Assembly: GCF_006345805.1 (NCBI RefSeq) | Contig: NC_043012.1 | Location: 9,486,001-9,550,000 of the forward strand | Direction: 5' to 3' | Origin: Octopus sinensis | Lineage: Eukaryota | DNA length: 64,000 nucleotides | Shown here: positions 39,446 through 52,505 of the stretch, piece after piece | How the letters are laid out: each line of letters begins with the position of its first letter | Numbering within the stretch: position 1 is the first letter of the stretch | Translations under genes and position numbers: made by a program | Notes under the pieces: generated by a model | Database searches by the model: none | Seen by the model: only the letters and a program-made list of their open reading frames with translations | What the model was told of the DNA's origin: nothing

Positions 39446-40032
39446 TTGTGTGTGTTTGTAATCTAGTATATATATTTAGAGTTTCGTGAGGCTATCATAG
39501 AAAGCTCCTCTCGCTGAGTCGGCTAACAGAGCACATAGCAATCCCATACAAGATTGTATAGAGTAGAGTGTCCGTGCGGCTGAAATCGAGGAAAACTGAT
39601 CGATGAAATTATTTTATGAGGTGTATAAAACACAAAACATCATTACATATGATAGGCAAAGACGTTCAACCAACCGTTTGCATCCTCAGAATTACAACCC
39701 TTTCGCAACTTTCTTCGTATGGTATTGATATGAAAGTCGTAGAAATTATGTTTATACGTATGCATTGATATTTATACTACGCACTAAAAAACTGCATATT
39801 GATAACTCATTATAGTAAATGGAAATGAGCTCATCAACGATTCAACTCTGTGTCAATGTATAAACATAATTTATAATACACTGAACTTACTATTATATGG
39901 AAAACGATGCGAAACAGTTCTAGTCCTATGGGTGACATGTGGTTCAATAACTTCTCATCTCTTCACTTTTTATGGTGGATATATATACACACATATGTAT
40001 ATCTATCTGTCTTCCGTTCTGTCTTTTTATCA

Positions 40033-40090
<58 letters not shown>

Positions 40091-40091
<1 letters not shown>

Positions 40092-41163
40092 ACAACCAAA
40101 GCATTCTATAGGGGATTAGTGGAGGGGAGGTACGACGACGAGCTCGGGGCGAACCTGGACGTCGACGAGGAATACCTGACCCGCCTGTTCGGGACGACAT
40201 TTCGGGCCAGGGCCCATGGACAACTTCCAGAGATCCCTGGCCTGGAAGTGCTACCGAGAAGCGCTATCCGTTCGGGACAAGCTCTACAGACACGGCTCGA
40301 GAAACACGGTGCCGACCTGCCCGAGATGCGGTCAGAGCGACGAAACCATTCTGCACGCACTCGTGCAGTGTCCAACAATTTCTGAGCTGTGGGCTTATGC
40401 CGAACAACTGCTGTCACGTGTGGGACGAGTCGGTTTATCAGCTGAGTCTATCGTCAATATTGTCACGCCTCCTTCTTTCAAACGGGAAGGAAGAGCTATT
40501 TTCATCATCCTTTTGGCTATGGCGAAAGAATGTATCTGGTGGACATGTATGAAAGGATTGGAGACAAACCCTTTCCTCTCTGGTCAATCTCTCATCGACT
40601 TCTTCAAGTACCACTTGAAAAGGAAAGTGAGAGTAGAGAGGCAAGTTTTGTCTAGCGAATGTTTTAAAAAAAGGATGGGTGAATGTAGCAAGGATGGCAC
40701 GTATGAACGACGAAGTCACCTTGAGCATAATCCTATGAACCCAGAAATTGAAAACAGAGAGTTACCCACTTGCAAACAAATGTGGTAACATATAACAATA
40801 TTGACCGAGGTTACCGTGGTCTTTTTCGTAGGCTTTTCTTCCCACGGATAAACCTTATCTGCTTCCCCCTTTACACCGTACATCATGACACTGGGATACA
40901 CGATTCCTATTGATTGTTTTTTTTCCTCTTCCCCTTTTTTCCTTTTTTTCTTCTTTTTTCCTTTTCTTCTCTTTTGTTTCTTTTCCTTTTTTTCTTTTTC
41001 TTTTTCTTTTTCCCTTTTACGATCCCTTTTGATCGAAAACCTACGCCACATTTTTTTTGTTTCTTCTGTTTCTTGTTTTTTGTTTTTTTCATCCCCCAAA
41101 AGAAAAGCTCTACATTGTAATTTGTCCCATCTGTGTGCAGCCCTGTGTGGCCAATAAAGAAAC
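40091..41163 (+). mobile_element. 5'-truncated L1/Tx1-like LINE (zf-RVT C-terminus plus 3' UTR)
   Basis: ORF ..SLAWKCYREALSVRDKL..CPRCGQSDETILHALVQCP...W is the zf-RVT CCHC motif. Frameshifts present. U-rich 3' UTR ends AATAAAgaaac. (TATC)n on both sides. Confidence 0.88.
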
Positions 41164-41229
<66 letters not shown>

Positions 41230-41724
41230 GTCAGTCTGTCTGTCTGTCTGTCTAAATATATATATATATGTATGTATGTATCTATCTATCTATTTAACTG
41301 TCATTCCCTATGTATGTTTGCATGTAAATTATGTATGTATGTGTATGTTTACATATGCATAGACATTCATACGCACACACACGTGCACATACACACACAC
41401 ACTCACACAAACAAACAAACAAACAAACACACGCATATATATTAAAGTGATTCAGTAAAAGAAACAGAATTTGCCTGACTCAGCTTTGAATGAAAATACT
41501 TCGTTCGTTGAGAGCGATACGTACCATATTTTAAACATCTTAAACTATTCTATTTAGTTTGAATTCTATGCATTACTCCCCTTATTTTCTATTATCACAA
41601 CGGAAAAGTAAATTTACAGAAAAAATAAGTCTCATAACTATAAATCAATAATCTTTTCGTTCTTTGCAGAACCTCACGTGCTTATCCTTTCAAATAGAAG
41701 AATAAAGCACCCAAAAAAGGCGTC

Positions 41725-41852
<128 letters not shown>

Positions 41853-42035
41853 ATATATATGTATATTTAAAAATTCAATTTGCACTTTATACCCGAAGAT
41901 AAACACTTTGATGGGGAAGAAATGCAAATGAGATTTATCATATATCTATATATTTATATCGATATGTATATATGTATGTATATATGTATGTTTGTATGTA
42001 TGTAGCTATCTATCTATCTATCAATCTTTCTTTCC

Positions 42036-42109
<74 letters not shown>

Positions 42110-42233
42110 CATCCATCTATCCATCTATCCATGTATGTATGTATGTATGTATGTATGTATGTATGTATGTATGTATGTATGTATGTATGTATGTATGTAT
42201 GTATGTATGTATGTATGTATGTATGTATGTATG

Positions 42234-42275
<42 letters not shown>

Positions 42276-42463
42276 ATCTATCTATCTGTCTGTCTGTCTG
42301 TCTGTCTACCGATATTTGCTATGCGTGCATGTGTGTATGTATATGCCAATGAGAGTAGAGGTTCTATATCTGGATTATAATAATTCTACGTCGATTGAAT
42401 TCATACAAAATAATATACATGCACACATGCTCCACCCACAGAAACACCACACACATATACATG

Positions 42464-42497
<34 letters not shown>

Positions 42498-42863
42498 ATA
42501 TATACACATATATATACACACATTTACATATATACATATATACACACCTATATACACATGTACATTGATACAAACATACGTATGTTTACGCGCGTGTGTT
42601 CGTTTAGGTTTGTGCATTTCATGCTTCTGCATAACACTGCAACCATATATTCATTAGAAAAAGATTCCTGAGTGAGAGAAAGGGATGACATTTTTTGGCG
42701 AACACTAAACGTTAAATACAAACACGTTCAGACACACATACACACACACATATTCTCACACACATACACACATATATACATGTATATTTTCACTTGTAAG
42801 CATACGTGCACATTCTTACATATATATAATTAATAACTCTACATACGCACATGTACACGTACC

Positions 42864-42966
<103 letters not shown>

Positions 42967-43066
42967 GTCTATCTATCTATCTATCTATCTGTCTATCTAT
43001 CTGTAGATAGATAGATATGCAGGTAGGTATATAGATCGACCAGTAGATAGCTAGATGATAGATAGA

Positions 43067-43128
<62 letters not shown>

Positions 43129-43151
43129 AATATATATATAGAAAGCTAGAC

Positions 43152-43184
<33 letters not shown>

Positions 43185-43185
43185 T

Positions 43186-44275
43186 GTTTCTTTATTAGCC
43201 ACACAGGGCTGCACACAGATAGAACAAATTACAAGGTAGAGCTTTTCTTTTGAAGGTTTAAAAAAAAAAAAAAAAGGAAGGGGGAGTTTCGATCAAAAGG
43301 GATCGTAAAAGGAGAGAAAGAGGACAAAAAAAGGGGGGTTAAAAAAAAAGGGGGAGAGGAAAAAAAAAAAATTGATCAATAGGGATCGTTATCACAGAAA
43401 TGTCAATATGAAGTGTAAAGGGGAGGACAGGTGAGGTTTACCCGTGGAAAGAAAAGCCTACGGAAAAGACCACGGTAACCTCGGTCAATGAAGTCACATT
43501 TTATATTTCTTTTTTTTTTTTTTTTTTGCAAATAAGCAACTCTCGATTTCTGGGTTCATAGGACTATGCTCAAGGTGGCTTCGTCATTCATACGTGCCAT
43601 TCTTGCTACATTCACCCATCTTTTTTTAAAACATTCGCTAGACAAAACTTGCCTCTCTACTCTCACCTTCCTTTTCAAGTGGTACTTGAAGAAGTTGATG
43701 AGAGATTGACCAGAGAGGAAAGTGTTTGTCTCCAATCCTTTCAGACGCGTCCACCAGATACATTCTTTCGCCATAGCCACAAGGATGATGAAAATAGCTC
43801 TTCCTTCCCGTTTGAAGGAGGAGGCGTGACAATATTGACGATAGACTCAGCTGATAAACCGACTCGTCCCACACGTGACAGCAGTTGTTCGACATAAGCC
43901 CACAGGTCGGAAATTGTTGGACACTGAACGAGTGCGTGCAGAACGGTTTCGTCGCTCTGACCGCATCTCGGGCAGGTCGGCCCCGTGTTTCTCGAGCCGT
44001 GTCTGTAGAGCTTATCCCGAACGGGTAGCGCTTCTCGGTAGCACTGCCAGGCCAGGGATCTCTGGAAGTTGTCCATAGGCCCTGGCCCGAAAGTCGTCCT
44101 GAACAGGCGGGTCAGGTACTCCTCGTCGACGTCCAGGTTCGCCCCGAGCTCGTCGTCGTACCTCCCCTCCACTAAACCCCTATAGAATGCTTTGGTTGTG
44201 TTGAAGTCACTTAAGGTCGACCCAGGACGGCAGAGTTGCTTGAGAGCAACGCGACACTCGCGGTGCCATTCGCCG
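43186..44275 (-). mobile_element. Second 5'-truncated copy of the same L1/Tx1-like LINE
   Basis: ORFs 43741-44358 and 43556-43780 are nearly identical to the 40091 copy (frameshift at a different place). (TATC)n follows the 3' end. Confidence 0.88.
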
Positions 44276-45090
44276 ACAGACAGAGAGGTAATGGTTCGAA
44301 TCACGCAGTTTTTAAAATATATCCTATAAAGAAAATCTGATGGTGGAAGTGTGCACATTTGATTTGAATATATAATTGTTACGTAATATACGTGTGTGTG
44401 TGTGTCAATGACAGCCCCTGTACACTAGGAGTAACCGTCGCAGCTGTTGCAATTAAAGTAATAGCAACAGCTACAACTACTACTACTACTATTGTGATGA
44501 TGATGAACGTGAGGAAGGAAAGAAGACAGCCAAATTGAATTGCATGAATGCTAAAACGTAAGATATTTAACAGAGGACAAAGCATTGGTGGTGTTTTAGA
44601 ATAATGCTAAATATAATTGTTATATAATTGCATTAAACCATGCAATGCAAGTTTTTTTCAAATAACATTAATTTTCTGAAAAGAAAAAATGATAATCTGA
44701 AATGCTATATATAGAAACCAAGAAATATTGCCTTTCTCTGCTTATTGTCCATACGTTTAGAATGAAAAGAAAAGATTTTTTTAGAAAATAATATTTTGTT
44801 TTCGCTTAATTAATTTTATATAAATTCTGTAAACTGTATTTTCCCAAGAAATGACGATTTTGTTTCTTTTTCTTTTTGCTGATATTTATTCCTTGAGCTA
44901 AGAGTACAATATACGTGGATCAGCTTATTACTTATTCTGGCCTTTATTTTTTTTTATCTTTAATTTTCATCTCGAAATCCTAAGACTTGTACGCCTGGTA
45001 ACCTGTACTAATTTATCACGTAAGAAACGTAAGAAATTAACCAAACACTAAATATTTCAGCATTTTTTCTTCGCTTAATTTCCTACGTGA

Positions 45091-45514
45091 TACTCTTTAC
45101 TCTTGACTCTTTTACTTGTTTCAGTCATTTGACTGCGGCCATGCTGGAGCACCGCCTTTAGTCGAGCAAATTGACCCCGGGACTTATTCTTTGTAAGCCC
45201 AGTACTTATTCTATCGGTCTCTTTTGCCGAACCGCTAAGTGACGGGGACGTAAACACACCAGCATCGGTTGTCAAGCAATGCTAGGGAGACAAACACAAA
45301 CTCACAAACACATACACACACATACATACATATAATATTTATACATATATACGACAGGCTTCTTTCAGTATCCGTCTACCAAATCCACTCACAAGGCATT
45401 GGTCGGACGGGGCTATAGCAGAAGACACTTGCCCAAGATGCCACGCAGTGGGACTGAACCCGGAACCATGTGGTTGGTTAGCAAGCTACCTACCACACAG
45501 CCACTCCTGCGCCT
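45091..45514 (-). mobile_element. SINE family A copy
   Basis: Reverse-complement match to 4525-4940. Confidence 0.92.
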
Positions 45515-46203
45515 ATGATATGCATTAATATTTATTTTTTTTCTATCACTTTGGTTACTTTTATGGTTTCCGGGTTTGATATTTCTTGTGAAAGTGAAGG
45601 ATTCGTTTTAGATGTTCTTGAACTTCCGTTTTCTCCTTGTGCTTCAATATTTATTTAAATGTTGTTGTAGGTTGCAGTCTAACAATTTGGGCCCAGTCAG
45701 AATTATCACGTTCCATGCAAAGAAAAACGTTGGAATCTCATGTGCAAGTCAGATCCCGTGAATGTTTAAGTAATAAACCAGTTTCGTTCGCAACTTTGTT
45801 CGACCTAAACGTGACAAAATCTTCTCATGATGGGATTTATAGCATGAAGGAACTGAATACTGTGTGGTTGCAAGGAAACCTCAAAACAACACAATTCTGA
45901 CTTCAGCGTGGACATTAATATCAAGAGTTGATTGCTGGAGTGTGGAGGAGTCAAGAAAAATGTATGTTTTATCTTAAATCAGGGTAATCATATCTTGAAC
46001 CGTTCTCTGGCATTTTGAAAGGAATAAAATAAATAAGAGAAAATTCTTGAAGGAAATATTTTCAAATGTGTACGTTCTAGTCCCTCGGTTAAAAAACAAA
46101 ACAAAGCCAAAAAACATTGCGATGTAGAAAGAGCAACCAAATCTACCTCAACTTGATGCATATTTTTTTTCTGTATTTTTCTTTTTTAAGATATCTCACA
46201 ACT

Positions 46204-46425
46204 CGTAGGAGTGGCTGTGTGGTAAGTAGCTTGCTTACGAACCACATGGTACCGGGTTCAGTCTCACTGCGTGGCACCTTGGGCAAGTATATTCTACTCT
46301 AGCCTCGGGCCAACCAAAGCCTTGTAAGTGGATTTGGTAGAGGGAAACTGAAAGAAGCCCGTCGTATATATGTATATGTATGTGTTTGTATAAGTTTGTG
46401 TGTAAGTGGTTGCCCTTTAACATCT
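46204..46425 (+). mobile_element. SINE family A, 5' half
   Basis: Head to internal microsatellite only. Confidence 0.85.
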
Positions 46426-46756
46426 TTTGACATTCAAGTTATTTTTCAAACACTGTAGAAGTTTAATTTTAAATTTTAGGTATTACATGTTGGTGTCTGG
46501 ATAAATACTGTTTACTTCCGAAGGACGTTATCTTCGAAGTTTATGATAATCCTATAGCTGGGATATTTCTAAGATATCGTATAAAAGATATCGTATATAT
46601 ATCGTATAACAGAAATGCGCGTAATAAAAATTTGAAATAAAATTATTTTAGCAAACGTCTAGACAATATCAGAGATAACTTTCGAAACTTAATTAAAGAA
46701 ATAATAATGAATATTCAACAGCAAATTTAATCAAATTTTATATGATAAACTAACCA

Positions 46757-47376
46757 TCGGTTTCAAATTTTGGCACAAGGCCAGTAATTATGAGGGAGAG
46801 GGGAAAATCGATCACATCTATCCCCGAAAGAGATGACGGGCAGAGTAGACCTTGGTGAAATTTGAACTCGGGACGTAATGCCGTTGAGTACTTTGCCTGG
46901 CATGTTAACGATTCAGCTAACTCACCGCCTTAACTAAGGGTAACATTGATTTAAAATTTTAGCCTTGTGCCAGCAATTTTGGGGGAAGGGTAAGTCGATT
47001 ACATCAATCCCAGTGATACTTATTATATTGACCCCGAAAGGATAAAAAGGTACAGTTGGCCTTGGCGGAATTTGAAGTCAGAACTTAAAGACGAACGAAA
47101 TGCCGCTAAGCATTTTTCCCCAGCATGCTAACGATTGTGCCAGCTCGCCGCTTTAATAACGGTAATATTGGTTTTAAATTTTGGTACAAGGCCAACAAAT
47201 TCAGAGGAGGGGATATGTCGATTACATCGACCCCAGTATTTGACTGGTACTTGCGTTATCGAACCGAAAGGATGAAAAGTAATGTGGCCGACACGGCCGG
47301 ATTTGAACGTAAAGACAGACGAAATGGCTGTGAGTATTTCGCCCGGAGTGTTTACGATTCTGTCAGTTCGCCACCT
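46757..47376 (-). mobile_element. Three head-to-tail diverged copies of SINE family C (second tail variant)
   Basis: Units at about 46757-46931, 46945-47153 and 47165-47376. Each starts ..aaattttgg.acaaggcca and ends ..gctcgccgcct on the + strand. Confidence 0.82.
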
Positions 47377-47786
47377 AAAAATAACGTTAACATTATTTTT
47401 GATACGTTAAGGTAATAAATAACAAATATTTTTGTGTCATCGATTATAAGATTATATTGCAAACGTTAACAATTTATTGAAGGACAAAAATAATTTTATA
47501 AATATACCTTTGATTTAAAAAGTTAAACTAAATATACTATTTGAAACAATAAAAGCACAAACATGATTCCATTATTTATTTCCGATCAAAAGATAATTTG
47601 CTCCGGTACGTACCTATAAAAATGTATAAAAAAACACAAACAAAGCATCCATATCCGATTTATACTAACTTAAGACCACTAAGAATGGTAAAAGATTAGA
47701 CTACATATCGAAACAGTGAGATACAGTATCAGGCTTTTCTAAGAGTTTCTAGATATGCTAAGAATCTACAAAATCAGAAATATATT

Positions 47787-48010
47787 TATTTCTTTATTGG
47801 CCACAGGGGGCTAAACATAGAGGAGACAAACAAGGGGACTAAGTCGTTTACATCGACCCCAGTGCGTAACTGGTACTTATTTAATCGACCCCGAAAGGAT
47901 GAAAGGCAAAGTCGACCTCAGCGGAATTTGAACTCAGAACGTAACGGCAGACGAAATACCGCTAGGCATTTCGCCCGGCGTGCTTAACGTTTTTGCCAGC
48001 TCGCCGCCTT
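47787..48010 (-). mobile_element. Full-length SINE family C with 17-bp TSD
   Basis: Minus: aaggcggcgagctggc...gagttcaaattcc...gtcgactttgcctttcatcctttcggggtcgat...gccccctgtggccaataaagaaata. TSD aaaa(t/a)cagaaatatatt. Confidence 0.9.
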
Positions 48011-48702
48011 AAAAACAGAAATATATTGGCAATGTCTACATGTCACTTGGAGAGCGTATTTTTGCGGATGTTGCAGAATCAGAAGCAATAAGAAAGTATT
48101 TTAAAGAATGTAAACGAACATACAAAAATAGAATCTCCAAGGATTGCAACTAACATCTCGCAGATATTTGTGTATTGTGTAACAGAAATACAATTTCGCT
48201 GTTCCCGAGGCAAGTTGTTTTCTTTACTTTTAGCAAGAAGATGGAGTAGTTATAGATTCTCCTCTTTGACTGCAATGAAATGACTGAAATCAATAAAACG
48301 TTAAAAGAAGCCTGATGTAAGGTCAAAAATTTTGGAGTTTGGTACACTATATTACTATGCAACCTGAAACAGTGGAAGAGAATGTGAACACCCTAGGTAT
48401 TTGGATATAAGATTTTATATGCCTTAAGTGTTAAATTGTCAGCAACTACCAAAATATAAACTATGGAACGATAAAATATTTACCAATATTACATGAAACT
48501 CTGGCGTCAATAGTCTACAAAATCATCCGATGACATATGAAAATAATATTTCGCTATTGAGAAACAAGAAGGATATTGACGTATGGTAAGAAAAAAGCAG
48601 ACAAGCTATTGGTAACTAATTATACAAATTACTGAAAATAGTAAAAAGAGTAGAAAAAATGATGAATTGCTGTGGGGGATATATATATATTATATATATA
48701 TA

Positions 48703-48751
<49 letters not shown>

Positions 48752-48754
<3 letters not shown>

Positions 48755-49161
48755 TTTTACTCTTTTACTTGTTTTCAGTCATTTGACTGCAGACATGTTG
48801 GAGCACCGCCTTTAGTCGAGCAAATCGATCCCGGGACTTAATCTTTGTAAGCCCAGTACTTATTCTATCGGTCCCTTTTGCCGAACCGCTAAGAACGGGG
48901 ACAGAAACACACCAGTATCGGTTGTCAAGCAATGCTAGGGGGACAAACACAGACACACAAACATATACACACACACTTATATATATATACATATATACAA
49001 CAGGCTTCTTTCAGTTTCCGTCTACCAAATCCACTCACAAGGCATTGGTCGGCCCGGGGCTATAGCAGAAGTCGCTTGCCCAAGATGCCACGCAGTGGGA
49101 CTGAACCCGGAACTATGTGGTTGGTTAGCAAGCTACTTACCACACAGCCACTCCTGCGCCT
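48752..49161 (-). mobile_element. SINE family A copy
   Basis: Reverse-complement match to 4525-4940. Confidence 0.92.
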
Positions 49162-49424
49162 ATATATATACATAAAAAGGTTTCCGGCTAATTGTGTCCA
49201 TTGGTTGTCGCCAGTGGTTGACACTCATCAGCTAAAAATAACAGTAACTCGCTCCAGCTGGTAATAAATAAAAAAACAAGCGACAATCCATATGAACATG
49301 GCAATAAAGGTTATTCGTCAGTGGAGTTACTATTTTCATCTCTTGTAGAGATTTTCTAACTTGCTAGTTTGCTTGTTGCAAGTTAAGTAACTGATTGTGG
49401 CTTGCTTTTCTATATATTGAGGGC

Positions 49425-49552
49425 TGGAGGTCGACTTTGCCTTTCATCCTTTCGGGGTCGATAAATTAAGTACCAGTTGCGTATTGAGATCGATCTAATC
49501 GACTGCCCCCTCTCCCCAGAACATTTCGGGCCTTGTGCCTTGAGCAGAAAAT
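49425..49552 (+). mobile_element. 5'-truncated SINE family C
   Basis: gaggtcgactttgcctttcatcctttcggggtcgataaattaagtaccag...ggccttgtgcct. Confidence 0.82.
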
Positions 49553-49881
49553 TACATATTGCGAGCTGGAACGAATTACCGCTATCTGTAGCGGATGGGT
49601 GCTCACCAGTGGGGAAGGGCACAAATAGCCCGAAACCTTATGGTCTGGTGATCTCGTCGTCTGCTAGAAAACCGTAGGAGTTCGCTCCCCTGCTTGTAAT
49701 ATATATCGGGTGCAGATTGCATCGATAACCAACTGGAGGCAGCTTCTTTTGGTCTTATAAATCGGTAGTAATGTCAATTACCATGGAACAGCCATATTGA
49801 TGTGGCGTTAACATTACTTACACACATACATACACAGCCACACACAGACACACAGACACATATATATGCATGTATATATAT

Positions 49882-49940
<59 letters not shown>

Positions 49941-51038
49941 GTAAATGTGTATGTATGTATGTAAAGTGTGTATGTGTGTATGTGTGTGTAAACAGCCTCA
50001 TTATCAAGGTAATATACGAAGGGGGTGGAGTCAAAGTTAAAAAAATAAAGCATCGATCCGATTACCACCTACAGACAATAATAAACAAAATATCTCCCAT
50101 TCTCGAAAAGGATATTGGAGGTTAGTAATGTTTTATGACTTAGTGAAGTGGTGCTGTGTGTAACCATAATCTCCAGAAACGTTCCAAGAGTTGTGAGACT
50201 GATACGGTTTTTGTTCAGTTTGAATGTCTGTTCTGTAATACGTGGTCAGTGTTCAATATGGAGTTTCACAGTGTTGGGGATGCCGGGAAGAGGAGGAAGC
50301 GGAGGAGACCCTATGTATCGTGTGGAACTCAGTGCAAACGGTACAAAACAAATCAATTCAGAGAAGTGGTTGCTGTAGATGTAATAGTAATGTAAAAGAA
50401 GACAGTGACATCGTAGATCAGATGCTTGTAATGTGCAAGTGAGTATTTACCAATGAATGCTTTATATTTGGTGTGATTTGAGGATGTATGTGTGTGTGTA
50501 GGAATTGCAACGCACTGATCACAAATGAGTCCATTATGTTTATTTGGTTCTTACTTGAACTTTACTATAGATAAATATTTCTAAGTAAGAAGATTTCTTG
50601 GAAAGAATGTTCTGCACATAACGTTAAGTGGATTAAATTTAAATCCCGTACTTGGTAGATCTGGGAACAAGCGAAAGTAATGCAGTCCTGCAGAAGTAAA
50701 ATGAAGGTCCGCATGACCCTATTTAATTCCAAAGTGCTGCCGCTGATTAGTGCTAATAAATATCTTGTCTGCACTGCATACTTAGAAACAGGGTACATGA
50801 TTAGTGATTGTTAAATGTTAAGGGTATAAGCACAATATACAAAGAGGGATAGGAAAGATTTAAGTCTAGTTTTCAATTACATTTTTTCCATTGTTGGAAC
50901 AAAAATTATTTCAATCTGTCGATTTTTCATATTTATTGCACAAAAATATTTTCCAAAATAATAATTGATTTACTCTCGACATCTTGGGAAGCCAGAAATA
51001 CAATATTTATTACTCCACTTTCTTACAGAATATGAGAC

Positions 51039-51196
51039 AGGCGTAGCTGTATGGGTAGAAGTGTTCTTCCAAACTACATGGTGCCGGGTTCAGATTCTCT
51101 GCGTTCTACCTTAGCCAAGTGTTTTATAGTTTAGCCACGGGCTGACCAAAGCTTTGTGAGTGGATTGGTAGATGGAAACGGAAAAAATCCTGTCGT
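51039..51196 (+). mobile_element. Diverged SINE family A, 5' half (putative 3' half at 52365-52505)
   Basis: aggcgtagctgtatgggtag...gagtggattggtagatggaaac..cctgtcgtata. Confidence 0.75.
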
Positions 51197-51199
51197 ATA

Positions 51200-51264
<65 letters not shown>

Positions 51265-51296
51265 ATATGTGTGTGTGTGTGTATGGGTGTGTGTGT

Positions 51297-51545
51297 GGAG
51301 GTGCGTGGCTTAGTGGTTAGGGTGTCAGCATCATGATCGTAAGATTGTGGTTTCGATTCCTGGACCAGGCGACGCGTTGAGTTCTTGAGTAAAACACTTC
51401 ATTTCACGTTGATCCAGTTTACTCTGATGACAAAAATGAGTAACGCTGCGATGGACTGGCGTCCCATCCAGCTGGGGAACACATACGCCATTGAAACCGG
51501 GAAACCAGGCCCATGAGCCTGGCTAGGCTTTAAAAGGGTGCATTT
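51297..51545 (+). mobile_element. tRNA-derived SINE (head type B, tail type X)
   Basis: TGGCTTAGTGG and GGTTTCGATTCC boxes. Tail gagtaacgctgcgatggactggcgtccc...gaaaccgggaaacc..cccatgagcctgg is shared with 33-150 (-). Confidence 0.88.
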
Positions 51546-51572
51546 ATATATATATATATAATATATATATAT

Positions 51573-52326
51573 AAAATAGTAAAAAGTGAAAAAACTACAG
51601 AAGGCTTGTTTTAAAAGGTTAAAACAAATATATTTGAGTCATTATGTCTGAAGAATGTTATAAATTTTTTTCATACAATGACATAGTTTTTGAAGAAATG
51701 ACCGGTTTCGCGTTCAACTTTTCAAATTTCTTACATCGTTATGTTTACGTTGAGAAGTGTGAAGAAAGAGTTCCAGATAAGGGGAGGCAATAAATGATTT
51801 CTTCCGATGTAAGGGAGATAATCGCTCAATATTTTTTGCCTTTTTGGGGAGTGAGTTTCTCTGTATAAGAATGTTGGAATGGTTAAGTTTGGGCTTGTAT
51901 TTTTCAATGAAGAATGTTTCCTTGTTTAGTCTAATTTGTGTTGGTGTTTCGATAGCACATTGGTAAAACGGAAAGATTAAAAATTGTGGTAGTAGTTGCT
52001 TTGCGCATTTCTCAATGTCCTCACTAAAGGGTATCATTCTGTATCCTGGGAATGCAATCTGTTGTCGATGCAGTATGCATCTACGTCTGAGTGATAGTCC
52101 CGTGGACCCCACGTAGTTTTGGTGGCAGCCCGAGCATTTTATGACATAAATTATGTTTTCAGAGGCACAAGTAAAATTAGATTTGATCTTGAATTTCTGT
52201 CCCTCTTCAGACATAATGACTCAAATATATTTTTTTTACCTTTTAAAACAGGCCTTCTGTAGTTTTTCACTTTTTACTATTTTCTATATATTCGACCACG
52301 TGCTTTCACACACCAACTTTCTCACC
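51573..52326 (-). mobile_element. Penelope-like element fragment: GIY-YIG endonuclease C-terminus between inverted ~80-bp pLTR arms
   Basis: ORF 51714-52214: FTCASENIIYVIKCSGCHQNYVGSTGLSLRRR..H...R..KE.FFI..Y.P.LN, typical PLE GIY-YIG. Arms 51573-51654 and 52204-52283. Unpaired extension 52284-52326. Degenerate HHR at 51694-51731 (-). TA tracts on both sides. Confidence 0.88.
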
Positions 52327-52364
52327 TATATATATATATATATATATATATAATGTTCTGTAAT

Positions 52365-52505
52365 CTAGCGGTTCGGCAAAATAGACCGGTTCAATAAGTA
52401 CTAAGCTTAAAAAAGATACAGGCATTAGGGTCGATATTCATTCAACTAAAAGTTCTTCAAGGCAGTGCCCCAGTATGGCCATAGCTAAATGGTAGAAGCA
52501 AGTTA
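52365..52505 (+). mobile_element. Diverged SINE family A, 3' half
   Basis: tagcggttcggcaaaatagaccg...ataagtact...aaggcagtgccccagtatggcc. Confidence 0.7.

Noticed and set aside
49175-49240. Minus-strand CTGATGA gtgtc...gacac hammerhead-like half
   Set aside because: GAAA does not follow stem II directly, and stems I and III cannot be formed.
50100-50470. Possible old PLE endonuclease tail on the minus strand (similar hints at 17000-17330 and 57750-58250)
   Set aside because: Too degenerate to support without a profile search.
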